From Tidjanibacter sp. (lineage in GTDB: Bacteria > Bacteroidota > Bacteroidia > Bacteroidales > Rikenellaceae), in contig JAFPBB010000042.1 of NCBI GenBank assembly GCA_017390585.1, positions 5,923 through 69,922 on the forward strand: 64,000 nucleotides of DNA, written 5' to 3'. How positions within the stretch are numbered: position 1 is the first letter of the stretch; each line of letters begins with the position of its first letter. Below, piece by piece: positions 18,963 to 30,445 of the stretch. The notes beneath the pieces were generated by a model. That model was not told the DNA's origin, ran no database searches, and worked only from the letters and a program-made list of their open reading frames with translations. The position numbers were made by a program, and so were the translations under genes.

Positions 18963-20246
18963 CTATTCGGTGAGCATCACGTCTTTACTCTGGCGAAGCT
19001 GACCTGCAAGGCGGCCTGTCGAGAAGGCAATCTGAAGGTTGTAACCGCCCGTATTGGCGTCGATATCCATCAACTCGCCCGCAAAATAGAGACCTTCCAC
19101 TTTGCGCGACTGCATTGTGTGGGGGTCGATCTCGGCCAAGTCCACACCTCCTGCGGTGACAATGGCCTCCTCAAAGGGGCGGTAGTCGCTAATGGGAAGT
19201 ACGAAGTGTTTGAGTGCCTTCACCAAGCGGTCGATTTTCTCCTCCTTCAGTTCGCCCATAGAGTGTTTTGCGTGTGCGCCACACGCTTTAGCCATAGGTA
19301 CAACCAACTCTCGAGGCATAATCTTGCGGAGCAGTTCGCCCACAGTGAGGGTCGAAGGCTGCTCGGCAATTTCTCGGAGTATCCTCTCGCGCAGCTCGTC
19401 GTGGTCCATAGCGTGCTTGAGGTCAACAACTATCTCCACCCTCTTGTCGTCAATCAGTGCGTCGACAGCCTTGCGGCTCATTCGCAAGATGATGGCACCC
19501 TCCACTCCGCGTTTGGAGAAGAACATCTCGCCAAATTCGCTCTGCACAACCTCGCCATCTACAACAAGCTCTGCTTGCACATTCTTGAGCAGCAGTCCGG
19601 CCATAAATTTGGCCTCCTCGTAGGTGGTTTCCAGGGGTGCGAGCGAGGGACGGATGGGGGTGATGGTGTGACCCACGTTGTGGGCCATATGGTAGCCGTC
19701 GCCCGTGGAACCGGTGGCGGGGTAGGAGGCTCCGCCTGTGGCGAGAATAACGGCAGGGGTGTTGACCTTGCGCTGGAAGCCGCGAGCATTGGTGTAGGTG
19801 ACACTACGCACCTTGCCCGCTATGACATTGATGCTCTCCACTTTGGCATTGCACTCGATTCTCACGCCCTCTTCCCTGCACCAATCGACAAGCGCTTGTG
19901 CAATATCCCAAGCCTTACCGCTTTTGGGGTAGACACGTCCACCTCTCTCGGTCTCGAGTTTCACACCTTTGCGCTCCATAAATCGGATGAGCGATTTGTT
20001 GTTCCATTGGGTGTAGGCGTAGGTGAAGAATCCTGCGCCGTTTTGTATTTTGGCCAGAAATTCCTCGTCTGTGCATACGTTTGTGAGGTTGCAACGTCCC
20101 TTTCCAGAGATGCGAACCTTACGTCCCGTCTTCTCCATTTTCTCGAGCAACAACACATTGTTGCCTGCGATGGCCGCTGTGCCTGCAGCCATAAGTCCGG
20201 CGGCACCACCGCCCACGACTACTACGTTATACTCTTTCAGCTCCAT
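18963..20246 (-). CDS. HI0933/BaiN/YhiN family flavoprotein oxidoreductase
   Basis: GGGAAG, ISGKGRCNLTN, ATGG.SYP.TGS.GDG, VTAGGV, TGGYNLQIA. Confidence 0.9.
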   Translation of the reverse strand: MELKEYNVVVVGGGAAGLMAAGTAAIAGNNVLLLEKMEKTGRKVRISGKGRCNLTNVCTDEEFLAKIQNGAGFFTYAYTQWNNKSLIRFMERKGVKLETERGGRVYPKSGKAWDIAQALVDWCREEGVRIECNAKVESINVIAGKVRSVTYTNARGFQRKVNTPAVILATGGASYPATGSTGDGYHMAHNVGHTITPIRPSLAPLETTYEEAKFMAGLLLKNVQAELVVDGEVVQSEFGEMFFSKRGVEGAIILRMSRKAVDALIDDKRVEIVVDLKHAMDHDELRERILREIAEQPSTLTVGELLRKIMPRELVVPMAKACGAHAKHSMGELKEEKIDRLVKALKHFVLPISDYRPFEEAIVTAGGVDLAEIDPHTMQSRKVEGLYFAGELMDIDANTGGYNLQIAFSTGRLAGQLRQSKDVMLTE

Positions 20247-20347
20247 AATTGTCGCAAAGATACCTATAACATTCGAGAATTGAAAGCATTGGAGAGCAAT
20301 TTGTTGCCCCTTCGCGCGCGTGCGAATTATAAATTTAGGTAAATAAT

Positions 20348-20382
20348 ACGGGCCCGACCTCGGAATGGAGGTCGAGCCCGTA
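20348..20382 (-). terminator. Hairpin downstream of buk
   Basis: TACGGGCCCGACCTC-loop-GAGGTCGAGCCCGTA. Confidence 0.6.
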
Positions 20383-20408
20383 GGTTTAATCCGTCAAACA
20401 AGGAGCGA

Positions 20409-21485
20409 TTACTCGTACACCTTGGGAGTGAGTTTACCCTCAAGAACCCTCTGGGCATTCATTGCGAGTGCCTCGAGCTCGTTCTCACCGGGCATAACAA
20501 CCACCTGTGCCATAGGCTCAATCATATCCTTGATGTAGCCAACAACGTTCCTGTCGTAGGCAATGCCACCGGTGAGGATGACTGCATCCACCTGACCCTT
20601 GAGCACGGCAATCATCTGACCGATGAACTTACCAACACCATAGGCCATAGCATTTGCAACCAAAATGGCATCTTTGTCACCTGCGTTGTAGCGGTTCTCC
20701 ACCTCGCGCATATCGTTGGTGTTCAGGTGGGCAACAACACCACCTTTACCATTGATCTTCTTGGCGATCTCTGCGAGAGTGAACTCGCCGCTCATACACA
20801 TCTTCGCAAATGCGAGTGCGGGCATAGTACCTGCGCGCTCGGGCGAGAAGGGACCCTCACCATCGAGAGCGTTGTTTACGTCCACAACCAAACCCTTGCG
20901 GTGGGCACCAATCGAGATGCCACCACCCATATGTGCAACCACCAGGTTGAGCTCCTCATACTCCTTGCCAATCTTATCGGCATATACGCGAGCCACTGCC
21001 TTCTGGTTGAGTGCGTGGAAGATCGATTGACGCTCCAACTCGGGCAGACCGGTGAGCCTTGCAACATCCTGCAACTCATCCACAACAACGGGGTCGGCGA
21101 TGTAGGCATTCACGCCTGCGAGTTTGGCAATCTCTGCAGCGAGGAGTGCGCCGAGGTTCGATGCGTGCTGACCTGCGGGGCGCTCCTTGATATCCTCAAT
21201 CATCTGTGCGTTAACCTCATAGGTGCCGCTGGGAATGGGCTTCAGGAGGCCGCCACGACCGATGATGGCGTCGAGCTCGGTGAGATCAATGCCCGACTGC
21301 TTGATGGCGTCGAGAATCACATCGCGACGGAAATCGAGCTGGTCGAGGATGGTTTTGTAGCGACCAATCTCCTCGCTCGAGTGGCGGAGAGTGGTCGAGA
21401 AGAGCTCCTTGTCGTTCTCAAATACTGCAACCTTGGTCGAAGTGGAACCAGGGTTGATGGTCAGAATTTTATACAGTTTTTCCAT
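20409..21485 (-). CDS. buk: Butyrate (branched-chain carboxylate) kinase
   Basis: INPGSTSTK, GRGGLL, HASNLG, FHALNQKA, PERAG. Confidence 0.93.
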   Translation of the reverse strand: MEKLYKILTINPGSTSTKVAVFENDKELFSTTLRHSSEEIGRYKTILDQLDFRRDVILDAIKQSGIDLTELDAIIGRGGLLKPIPSGTYEVNAQMIEDIKERPAGQHASNLGALLAAEIAKLAGVNAYIADPVVVDELQDVARLTGLPELERQSIFHALNQKAVARVYADKIGKEYEELNLVVAHMGGGISIGAHRKGLVVDVNNALDGEGPFSPERAGTMPALAFAKMCMSGEFTLAEIAKKINGKGGVVAHLNTNDMREVENRYNAGDKDAILVANAMAYGVGKFIGQMIAVLKGQVDAVILTGGIAYDRNVVGYIKDMIEPMAQVVVMPGENELEALAMNAQRVLEGKLTPKVYE

Positions 21486-21517
21486 ATCTTGTTTAGTAGT
21501 TCTGAATTAGGTTTCAA

Positions 21518-22420
21518 CTATTTTGCCGAGAGGCAAGCGAGTGCAATCGAGTAGAGTTTGGTCTTGGTCGAGTCACCACGCGAAGTGAGCACACAAGGTG
21601 CGCTGGGACCTGCAACCATTGCAGCCAACTCTGCGCCTGCAAACTTCGAGCAAGCCTTGAAGAAGATGTTGCCACTCTCGAGGTTGGGGAAGAGCAAGCA
21701 GTCTGCATCACCTGCAACGGGACCGGTGAGTTTCTTGATCTTCACGCTCTCCTCATCGATTGCAACGTCGAGTGCCAAAGGACCCTGGAAGAGACCCTCG
21801 CCCAACTCGCCATTCTGACCCATCTCCGACAGAGCAGCAGCCTCAACCGAGCTCACAACCTTGGGCAGCAACTGCTCGCTGGGAGCCAACAGAGCCACTT
21901 TGGGGCACTCGATACCGAGGTTTTTGGCGGTGGTGAGGAGGTATTTTGCAATCTGTTTCTTCTGGTCGAGGGTGGGGCAGGGAAGAACTGCTACATCGCT
22001 CACAACGAGAAGTTTGTGGTATGCAGGCACCTCGAGTACGGTAACGTGGCTGAGGGTGGTACCTGCGGGAAGCAGACCCCACTCTTTGTTGAGAATGCCG
22101 CGCATATATTTATCGGTGGGAACAACGCCCTTCATCAGCACGTCGTACTCGCCGTTGTGAACAGCCTTCACTGCAATCTCCACAGCTTTCACATCCTCGC
22201 TCTCGGGGATGATGGTGTACTGGTTCATATCCACGCCCTCGGCCTCGCAGGATTTCCTGATCTCCTCGGGGTCGCCCACGAGGGTTACCTCTGCCAAACC
22301 GGCCTTGATTGCCATATCGGTAGCACCAATCGAGTGGGTGTCCTGACCATAGGCTACAATCATTTTTTTCTTGCCGCGAGCAACTGCTGCAGCAACGATG
22401 TCTTCGAGATGTTTAATCAT
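21518..22420 (-). CDS. ptb: Phosphate butyryltransferase family acyltransferase
   Basis: LMKG, GPLALDVA, GDAD.LLFPNLESGN, LTSRGD; adjacent to buk. Confidence 0.85.
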   Translation of the reverse strand: MIKHLEDIVAAAVARGKKKMIVAYGQDTHSIGATDMAIKAGLAEVTLVGDPEEIRKSCEAEGVDMNQYTIIPESEDVKAVEIAVKAVHNGEYDVLMKGVVPTDKYMRGILNKEWGLLPAGTTLSHVTVLEVPAYHKLLVVSDVAVLPCPTLDQKKQIAKYLLTTAKNLGIECPKVALLAPSEQLLPKVVSSVEAAALSEMGQNGELGEGLFQGPLALDVAIDEESVKIKKLTGPVAGDADCLLFPNLESGNIFFKACSKFAGAELAAMVAGPSAPCVLTSRGDSTKTKLYSIALACLSAK

Positions 22421-22464
22421 AATTTTCTAATAGGTTATTGTGTTGAACTATTCTTTTTGTCCGA

Positions 22465-23685
22465 TTATTTTCCGAGTTTGCTCACGATGTTGTAGGTGTC
22501 GGTGGCGATGACCAGCTCCTCGTTGGTGCCGATGACCACAACTTTAACCCTCGACTCGGGTTTGGAGAGGATCTTATCCTGACCCTTAACGCCATCGTTG
22601 GCAGCCAAGTCGAACTCAATGCCGAGGAACTCCATATCTTTGCAAACATACTCCCTCATCTCGGGACCATTCTCGCCCACGCCGCCGGTGAAGACAAGCA
22701 GGTCGATGCCGCCCATAGCAGCTGCATAGGCACCAACGAGTTTCTTAACGCGGTAGAAGTATGCCTCCTCTGCATCGGTAACCACCTGATTGCCAGCCTC
22801 CACTGCTGCGCGAATGTCGCGCATATCCGACGACAGGCCACCCGACAAGCCATAGATGCCCGACTCTTTGTTGATGAGGTTCCAAATCTCCTCCATACTC
22901 TTGCCCTCCTTCTGGTGGATAAAGTTGAGCACGCCTGGGTCGATGGAGCCGCAACGAGTACCCATCATAAGGCCATCCACGGGGGTCAGACCCATCGAGG
23001 TGTCGACGCTCTTGCCATTGAGAACAGCAGTTACGGAGCCACCATTACCGATGTGGCAAGTCACAATCTTGGAGTTTTTGAAGTCCAAACCCGCAAGTTT
23101 GGCAGCCTCATCGGCCACGAAGCGGTGGCTGGTGCCGTGGAAACCATAGGCCCTCACGCGATACTCGTCGTAGTAGCGACGGGGGATGCCGTAGAGGAAT
23201 GCCTTGGCGGGCATGGTCTGGTGGAATGCGGTGTCGAAATTGGCCACCTGGGGAGTGCCGGGAAGGAGCTCATTGATGGCGTAGATGCCCTTGAGGTTGG
23301 CGGGAATGTGCAGAGGAGCGAGGTCTACGCAACCCTCCACCAGCTCCATCACGCTCTCGTCGATGAGTGCGCTCTCCTTGAACTGTTCGCCACCGTGAAC
23401 AACCCTATGACCAACGGCGTCGAGCTCTGCAAGCGAGGCGATTACACCGTGATTGGGGTCGGTGATGGCTTTGATAATGAGGTCGATACCTACGGTGTGG
23501 TCGGGAATGTCGGTGACGGTTTTGACGGGTTCTTTGCCGCCACCAGGCTTGTGAGTTATAACGCCGTCGTTGATGCCGATACGCTCCACAAGACCCTTGG
23601 CCAGAAGGCTGTTGCCGCCCTCTGTCATCTCTATTACTTGATACTTAATCGAACTGCTTCCGCAGTTAAGAACAAGAATTACCAT
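22465..23685 (-). CDS. ackA: Acetate kinase
   Basis: LNCGSSSIKYQ, GHRVVHGG, FDTAFH, YGFHGTSH, FTGGVGEN, TNEE. Confidence 0.94.
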   Translation of the reverse strand: MVILVLNCGSSSIKYQVIEMTEGGNSLLAKGLVERIGINDGVITHKPGGGKEPVKTVTDIPDHTVGIDLIIKAITDPNHGVIASLAELDAVGHRVVHGGEQFKESALIDESVMELVEGCVDLAPLHIPANLKGIYAINELLPGTPQVANFDTAFHQTMPAKAFLYGIPRRYYDEYRVRAYGFHGTSHRFVADEAAKLAGLDFKNSKIVTCHIGNGGSVTAVLNGKSVDTSMGLTPVDGLMMGTRCGSIDPGVLNFIHQKEGKSMEEIWNLINKESGIYGLSGGLSSDMRDIRAAVEAGNQVVTDAEEAYFYRVKKLVGAYAAAMGGIDLLVFTGGVGENGPEMREYVCKDMEFLGIEFDLAANDGVKGQDKILSKPESRVKVVVIGTNEELVIATDTYNIVSKLGK

Positions 23686-23785
23686 TGTGTGTTGTTTTTG
23701 TGTTATTGTTTTGTTCGTGAATTATATTCTCGTTTGTTGGTGGGGTTCTCCCACATTGCTTTTCCGCTCGGGAGCGCCTGTTGCT

Positions 23786-24469
23786 CTACTGATATTTGTA
23801 TCCCACGCCCTTGATGGTGACAATGTGGTCCTCGCCGATTTTTGTGCGTAGTTTGCGGATGTGGACATCAATGGTGCGGTCACCCACAATCACTTCGCTA
23901 CCCCAAACCGTGGCATATATTTCCTCTCTCGAAAAGACCTTCTGTGGCTTGGAGTAGAGGAGTGCCAGCAGTTGGAACTCCTTGCGAGGAAGTACAAGTT
24001 CGTTGCCATTCTTGACCACCACAAAACGTTCCCTATCGATTGTGATGACATCCTTGCCAGCCATGGCAACCTCCGCCTCGCCGGTCTCGCTGCCGCATTC
24101 CCTACGCTTAAGTATGGCTTTGATGCGACTTACGAGCAACTTGGGGTGGATGGGTTTGGTGATGTAGTCGTCGGCGCCAAGCTCAAAACCGCGGAGTTGC
24201 GACTCGTCTTCGCCGCGAGCCGAGAGGAATACGATGATGGTGTTGGCCATCTCCGGCATCTCTCTCAATTTGCGGCACACCTCCATTCCGTCCATCTCGG
24301 GCATCATCACGTCGAGGAGCACGAGGTGAGGGAGAGTCTTGCGCGCTTTCTCAATGGCTATCAAACCATTAGGTGCGGTGGAAACATCAAAGCCCTCCTT
24401 TGTGAGGTTGAATCCCACAAACTCCAGGATGTCGGGTTCGTCGTCGACAAGTAGTATTCTGTAACTCAT
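23786..24469 (-). CDS. OmpR/PhoB family response regulator (start at ATG 24469); no adjacent sensor kinase
   Basis: VDDE, LLDVMMPEMDG, GADDYITKP, RTIDVHIRKLR, TIKGVGY. Confidence 0.92.
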   Translation of the reverse strand: MSYRILLVDDEPDILEFVGFNLTKEGFDVSTAPNGLIAIEKARKTLPHLVLLDVMMPEMDGMEVCRKLREMPEMANTIIVFLSARGEDESQLRGFELGADDYITKPIHPKLLVSRIKAILKRRECGSETGEAEVAMAGKDVITIDRERFVVVKNGNELVLPRKEFQLLALLYSKPQKVFSREEIYATVWGSEVIVGDRTIDVHIRKLRTKIGEDHIVTIKGVGYKYQ

Positions 24470-24668
24470 ATCTTGGTACGTTGGCAACAAAATCCCCGAA
24501 AGGTAGTAATTATTGACCGAATTTCCTATTAATTTGCGTTATATTTATTTAGAGGTGTAAATTTGTTTGGATGTGGTTGGAAAGTCCGTTGGAATTACCT
24601 ACATTTGTAGGTTATCTGTGCGCTTATGTGTCGCACAGAGCGAAATGAAACGTTAAAACCGTTAGATT

Positions 24669-26630
24669 ATGACTACCGAAAAATTGAATTCTGTTCCTGA
24701 GGAACAAGTCGGCACCGCCGAAGATGCGAAACAGATTGCTACCGTAGAGCCCGCCGATGAGGTTGTGGCTGTTGCTGAGAATGACGATGTTGTCATTGGG
24801 GAGACCGAGGCCGTGAGCTTTGCCGAGGAAGATGCAGCACTCGCTGCAGAGGCTCCCGAATTTAAGCTCGAAAACGACGAAATCGCCGAGGAGAGTGCCG
24901 AGGTTGAAGATAGGCTCGCAAGCTCTCTCGAGGGGGTGGCAGAGATGAACAAAAGTGAGCTCGTCGATTATTTTGCATCGTTGCTGGAGAATAAACCCGT
25001 GCAGAATATGCGCTACGATGTTGAAGCTGTGAAGGTTGCTTTCTACAAAAAGCATCGCGCAGAGATCGATGAGGCAAAGAAGAAATATGTTGAAGAGGGT
25101 GGCGATGTGGAGAACTTCACGCCCGCCGTGGATGGTTGCGAGGTGAGGCTCAAAGAGCTATTTGCTCTCTATCGTGAGCGTCGCGAGGAGTATATGAACG
25201 AGCTCGAAAAGAGCAAGGAGGAGAACCTGAAGGTGAAACTCCAGATTATTGAGGAACTCAAAGCCCTTGTGGAGGGTGGGGAGACCGTGGGTCACACATT
25301 CCAGACCTTCAGGCAGTTGCAGCAGCGCTGGAAGGAGACCGGCGTGGTGCCACAGGCAAATGTGAAGGAGATTTGGGAGACCTACAACCTCCACGTTGAG
25401 AATTTCTACAACGTGGTGAAAATCAATAAGGAACTCCGCGACCTCGACTTGCAGCGCAATCTGGAGACGAAGGTTGCCCTCTGTGAAGCGGCCGAATCGC
25501 TGGTGGGTGAGGAGTCCATCGTTGCGGCATTCAAAAAGTTGCAGGATTTGCACGAGCAGTGGCGAGAGATTGGCCCCGTGGTAGCAGAGCAGAAAGAGGT
25601 TGTGTGGGAGCGCTTCAAGGAGGCTTCCTCGCGCATCAATCGCCAGCACCAGGAGCATTTCGAGGCTATCAAAGAGGAACAGAAAAAGAACCTGGCCCTC
25701 AAGGCAGAGCTTTGTGAGAAGGCGGAGGAACTCGCTACCGAACTGCTGACCACTCGCAAGGAGTGGAATAAGGCTTCGGATAAACTCATTGAGATTCAGA
25801 AAGTTTGGAAAACCATTGGTTTTGCTCCCAAGAAGGATAATGCCAAGATTTATGAACGATTCCGTAAGGCTTGCGATAAGTTCTTCGAACTCAAAAGAGG
25901 TTTCTATGAGAGCATCAAGAGCGAGATGGAGCACAATCTCCAGCTGAAGTTGGAGATTTGCGAGGCTGCGGAGGCAATTCAGGATAGCGAGCAGTGGAAG
26001 AAGACTGCCGACGAACTGATCGCCCTTCAGAAACGTTGGAAAGAGATCGGCTCGGTGGCTCGTCGTCACTCGGATGTTGTGTGGAAACGTTTCCGTGCTG
26101 CGTGTGACCACTTCTTCGCACGCAAGAGCGAGCATTTCGCCTCCGTAGATGCAGAGCACGCAGGCAATCTGGCGCAGAAGGTGGCTCTTGTGGAGGAGAT
26201 TGAGAACTACGACATCAATGGTGGAAGCATTGAGAATATCAAGGAGTTCCAGCGTCGTTGGAGCGAAATAGGCTTTGTGCCCATCAAGGAGAAAGAGGCA
26301 TTGCAGAAACGTTATCGTGCTGCCATCGACCACCTCTTTGCAGTTCTTCGTAGCGGCGATAAGGAGCGTGGCGCCGAGCGCTATCGCAACAAAATCAGCG
26401 GTATGAAGGGCAATGGTGGCAAGCTCCGCAATGAGCGCGATAGGCTCTACAATAAGGTTAAACAGCTCGAGAGCGACATCGCAACTCTCGAGAATAACAT
26501 CGGATTCTTCTCCCGCTCCAAAGGTGCAGAGGCCTTGATTCGTGATGTGCAGCACAAGATTGAGAGAGCTAAAGAGGAGATGGCTGAGACCATTGAAAAG
26601 ATTAATATTATCGACAAAGAACAAGAGTAA
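24669..26630 (+). CDS. DUF349 repeat protein
   Basis: Acidic N-terminus and repeated LQ..WK.IG..P...WERF.. units. Confidence 0.85.
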   Translation: MTTEKLNSVPEEQVGTAEDAKQIATVEPADEVVAVAENDDVVIGETEAVSFAEEDAALAAEAPEFKLENDEIAEESAEVEDRLASSLEGVAEMNKSELVDYFASLLENKPVQNMRYDVEAVKVAFYKKHRAEIDEAKKKYVEEGGDVENFTPAVDGCEVRLKELFALYRERREEYMNELEKSKEENLKVKLQIIEELKALVEGGETVGHTFQTFRQLQQRWKETGVVPQANVKEIWETYNLHVENFYNVVKINKELRDLDLQRNLETKVALCEAAESLVGEESIVAAFKKLQDLHEQWREIGPVVAEQKEVVWERFKEASSRINRQHQEHFEAIKEEQKKNLALKAELCEKAEELATELLTTRKEWNKASDKLIEIQKVWKTIGFAPKKDNAKIYERFRKACDKFFELKRGFYESIKSEMEHNLQLKLEICEAAEAIQDSEQWKKTADELIALQKRWKEIGSVARRHSDVVWKRFRAACDHFFARKSEHFASVDAEHAGNLAQKVALVEEIENYDINGGSIENIKEFQRRWSEIGFVPIKEKEALQKRYRAAIDHLFAVLRSGDKERGAERYRNKISGMKGNGGKLRNERDRLYNKVKQLESDIATLENNIGFFSRSKGAEALIRDVQHKIERAKEEMAETIEKINIIDKEQE

Positions 26631-28280
<1,650 letters not shown>

Positions 28281-28316
28281 ATTGTATTACTTAAATAAAA
28301 GCTTTAAGAAAAAGAA

Positions 28317-30323
28317 ATGGACAAAAAGAGTATTGTAGGCTTTGTGCTTATGGGCCTCATCTTGTTTGGATACAGTTGGTATCAGGGCAAGCAGGAGGAG
28401 AAAGCACGTGCAGCCTATTTTGCTGCCCAGAGGGAGCAGTTTATTGCCGACTCCATAGATAGAGTTGAGCATCCCGAGAAATATATCAATGAGATCGTTG
28501 CCGAGATGGACAACGAGAAGGCTCAGGCCGAGGCTATTGCTGCACAGCAGGCATTGGCGCAGGAGCGTTTTGAGAATGAATTGCACCGCAACTTCGGTGA
28601 GACTCTCGTGGAGGCAATGAATGGTGAGGCTCAGTATTTCACCCTTGAGAATGAGGTGATGAAAATGACCGTATCATCCAGAGGTGCAATGGTTTCCGAC
28701 GTTGAGCTGAAGCAATACACAAAGTACTCCGAGGATGGCGAGGGTACACCCGTCAAGATGTTCGACCCCAACAATGCCAAGTTTGACCTCGGTTTCTATA
28801 TGCGTCGTGGCTATAGTGAAACCAAACTCAATACCGAGAATTTCTTCTTTACAACATCTGGTGTCCAGAACGCAGTGGATAAGGAGGGCAATGCACTTCA
28901 GACTCTTACACTTGCACTGCCTATGGATGAAGATTCGCGCCTCGAGTTTGTCTACACTATGAAGGAGGGCGACTATATGGTCGACTTCGACGTGAACTTT
29001 GTGGGTATGAATGAGTGGATGAACAACTCCACCTCGTTTGACATCACTTGGAATAACACCTCCTACCAGAATGAGCGTGGCTATCAGAACGAGAATATGT
29101 ACACCACAATCTCCTATCTCTTCCCCGACGATAGGAAGGTGGAGAAACTCGGTATGGCCGATGGCAGCAAACGTGGTGGCGGTAGCCGCAGGGAGACTAT
29201 TCAGACTGAGTTTGAGTGGTTTGCATTCCAGCAGCAGTTCTTCTCGTCGATTATGATTGCCCCCAAGGGTTTCAGCAATGGCGCTCTCTCGTTTGACACC
29301 TACAAACCCGGCAGTGGCTACATCAAGGACTTCCAGGCAAGCGTAACCGTGCCCTTCGATGTCAATGAGGATAGCTACAACTTCAAGTTCTACTATGGTC
29401 CCAACAAATACTCGCTTTTGAAGGATTATGACCTTGGTCTTGAGAAACTTGTGCAGCTTGGTGGTCGTCTGGTGAGCTGGGTGAATAGGTGGATCGTTAT
29501 CCCCGTATTCGACTTGCTGAGCCGTTTCATCGGCAGCTATGGACTCATCATTCTGCTGCTTACCATCTTCATCAAACTCCTCATCTTCCCCTTGACCTAT
29601 AAGTCGATGATGTCGTCGGCTAAGATGAGGGCAATCCGCCCTGAGATTATGGCCATTCAGGCCAAATATCCCAAGGCACAGGTTGACCAAAATGAGATGA
29701 TGAAGAGCCAGCAGGCGACGATGGAACTCTACAAGAAGTATGACGTTAGCCCTATGGGTGGATGTCTGCCTATGTTGATTCAGTTCCCCGTGCTCATTGC
29801 AATGTTCCGTTTCTTCCCCACAGCAATCGAGCTTCGTGGCGAGAGCTTCTTGTGGATGAAGGACCTCTCCACTTATGATAGCATTCTCAACCTGCCCTTT
29901 AATATTCCGTGGTATGGTAACCACGTCAGCCTGATGGCTTTGATTATGGCCGTAACGCTGTTCTTCTACACCAAACTCACCTACAAAGAGCAGGAACAGC
30001 AGACTGCTGCGGCTCCCGGTATGGCTGGTATGAAGTTTATGATGCTCTACTTCACACCTATTATGATGTTGATGTGGATGAATAACTACGCCAGCGGTCT
30101 GTGCTACTACTACTTCGTGTCGCAGATGCTGACCATCATTCAGAACTTCGCATTCCGCTATGGCATCAACGAGGAGCGACTCCGCGCCAAGATGTTGGCC
30201 AAAGCAAAGGCCAAAGGCCCCAAGCAGAAGAGCAAATGGCAGCAGAGGCTCGAGGAGGCTCAGCGCCAGCAGGAGCAGATGATGAAGGAGCGTGAGCGCA
30301 AGCAGTATCGCTCGAAACATTAA
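28317..30323 (+). CDS. yidC: Membrane protein insertase YidC
   Basis: N-terminal TM, periplasmic domain, YYGPN, GGCLPMLIQFP, FLWMKDLS. Confidence 0.94.
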   Translation: MDKKSIVGFVLMGLILFGYSWYQGKQEEKARAAYFAAQREQFIADSIDRVEHPEKYINEIVAEMDNEKAQAEAIAAQQALAQERFENELHRNFGETLVEAMNGEAQYFTLENEVMKMTVSSRGAMVSDVELKQYTKYSEDGEGTPVKMFDPNNAKFDLGFYMRRGYSETKLNTENFFFTTSGVQNAVDKEGNALQTLTLALPMDEDSRLEFVYTMKEGDYMVDFDVNFVGMNEWMNNSTSFDITWNNTSYQNERGYQNENMYTTISYLFPDDRKVEKLGMADGSKRGGGSRRETIQTEFEWFAFQQQFFSSIMIAPKGFSNGALSFDTYKPGSGYIKDFQASVTVPFDVNEDSYNFKFYYGPNKYSLLKDYDLGLEKLVQLGGRLVSWVNRWIVIPVFDLLSRFIGSYGLIILLLTIFIKLLIFPLTYKSMMSSAKMRAIRPEIMAIQAKYPKAQVDQNEMMKSQQATMELYKKYDVSPMGGCLPMLIQFPVLIAMFRFFPTAIELRGESFLWMKDLSTYDSILNLPFNIPWYGNHVSLMALIMAVTLFFYTKLTYKEQEQQTAAAPGMAGMKFMMLYFTPIMMLMWMNNYASGLCYYYFVSQMLTIIQNFAFRYGINEERLRAKMLAKAKAKGPKQKSKWQQRLEEAQRQQEQMMKERERKQYRSKH

Positions 30324-30346
30324 TTGAGGCGGCAAGAACGCCCATC

Positions 30347-30393
30347 AAAAGAAGAGTGATTCGCACATTTGGTGTGAATCACTCTTCTTTTTT
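30347..30393. terminator. Bidirectional terminator between yidC and mutS
   Basis: AAAAGAAGAGTGATTCGCAC-attt-GGTGTGAATCACTCTTCTTTTT. Confidence 0.8.
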
Positions 30394-30445
30394 GGATCAA
30401 CGTGTGGGGCTAAGGTCTGTGTGGAAGACACCAGACCAAAAATGA

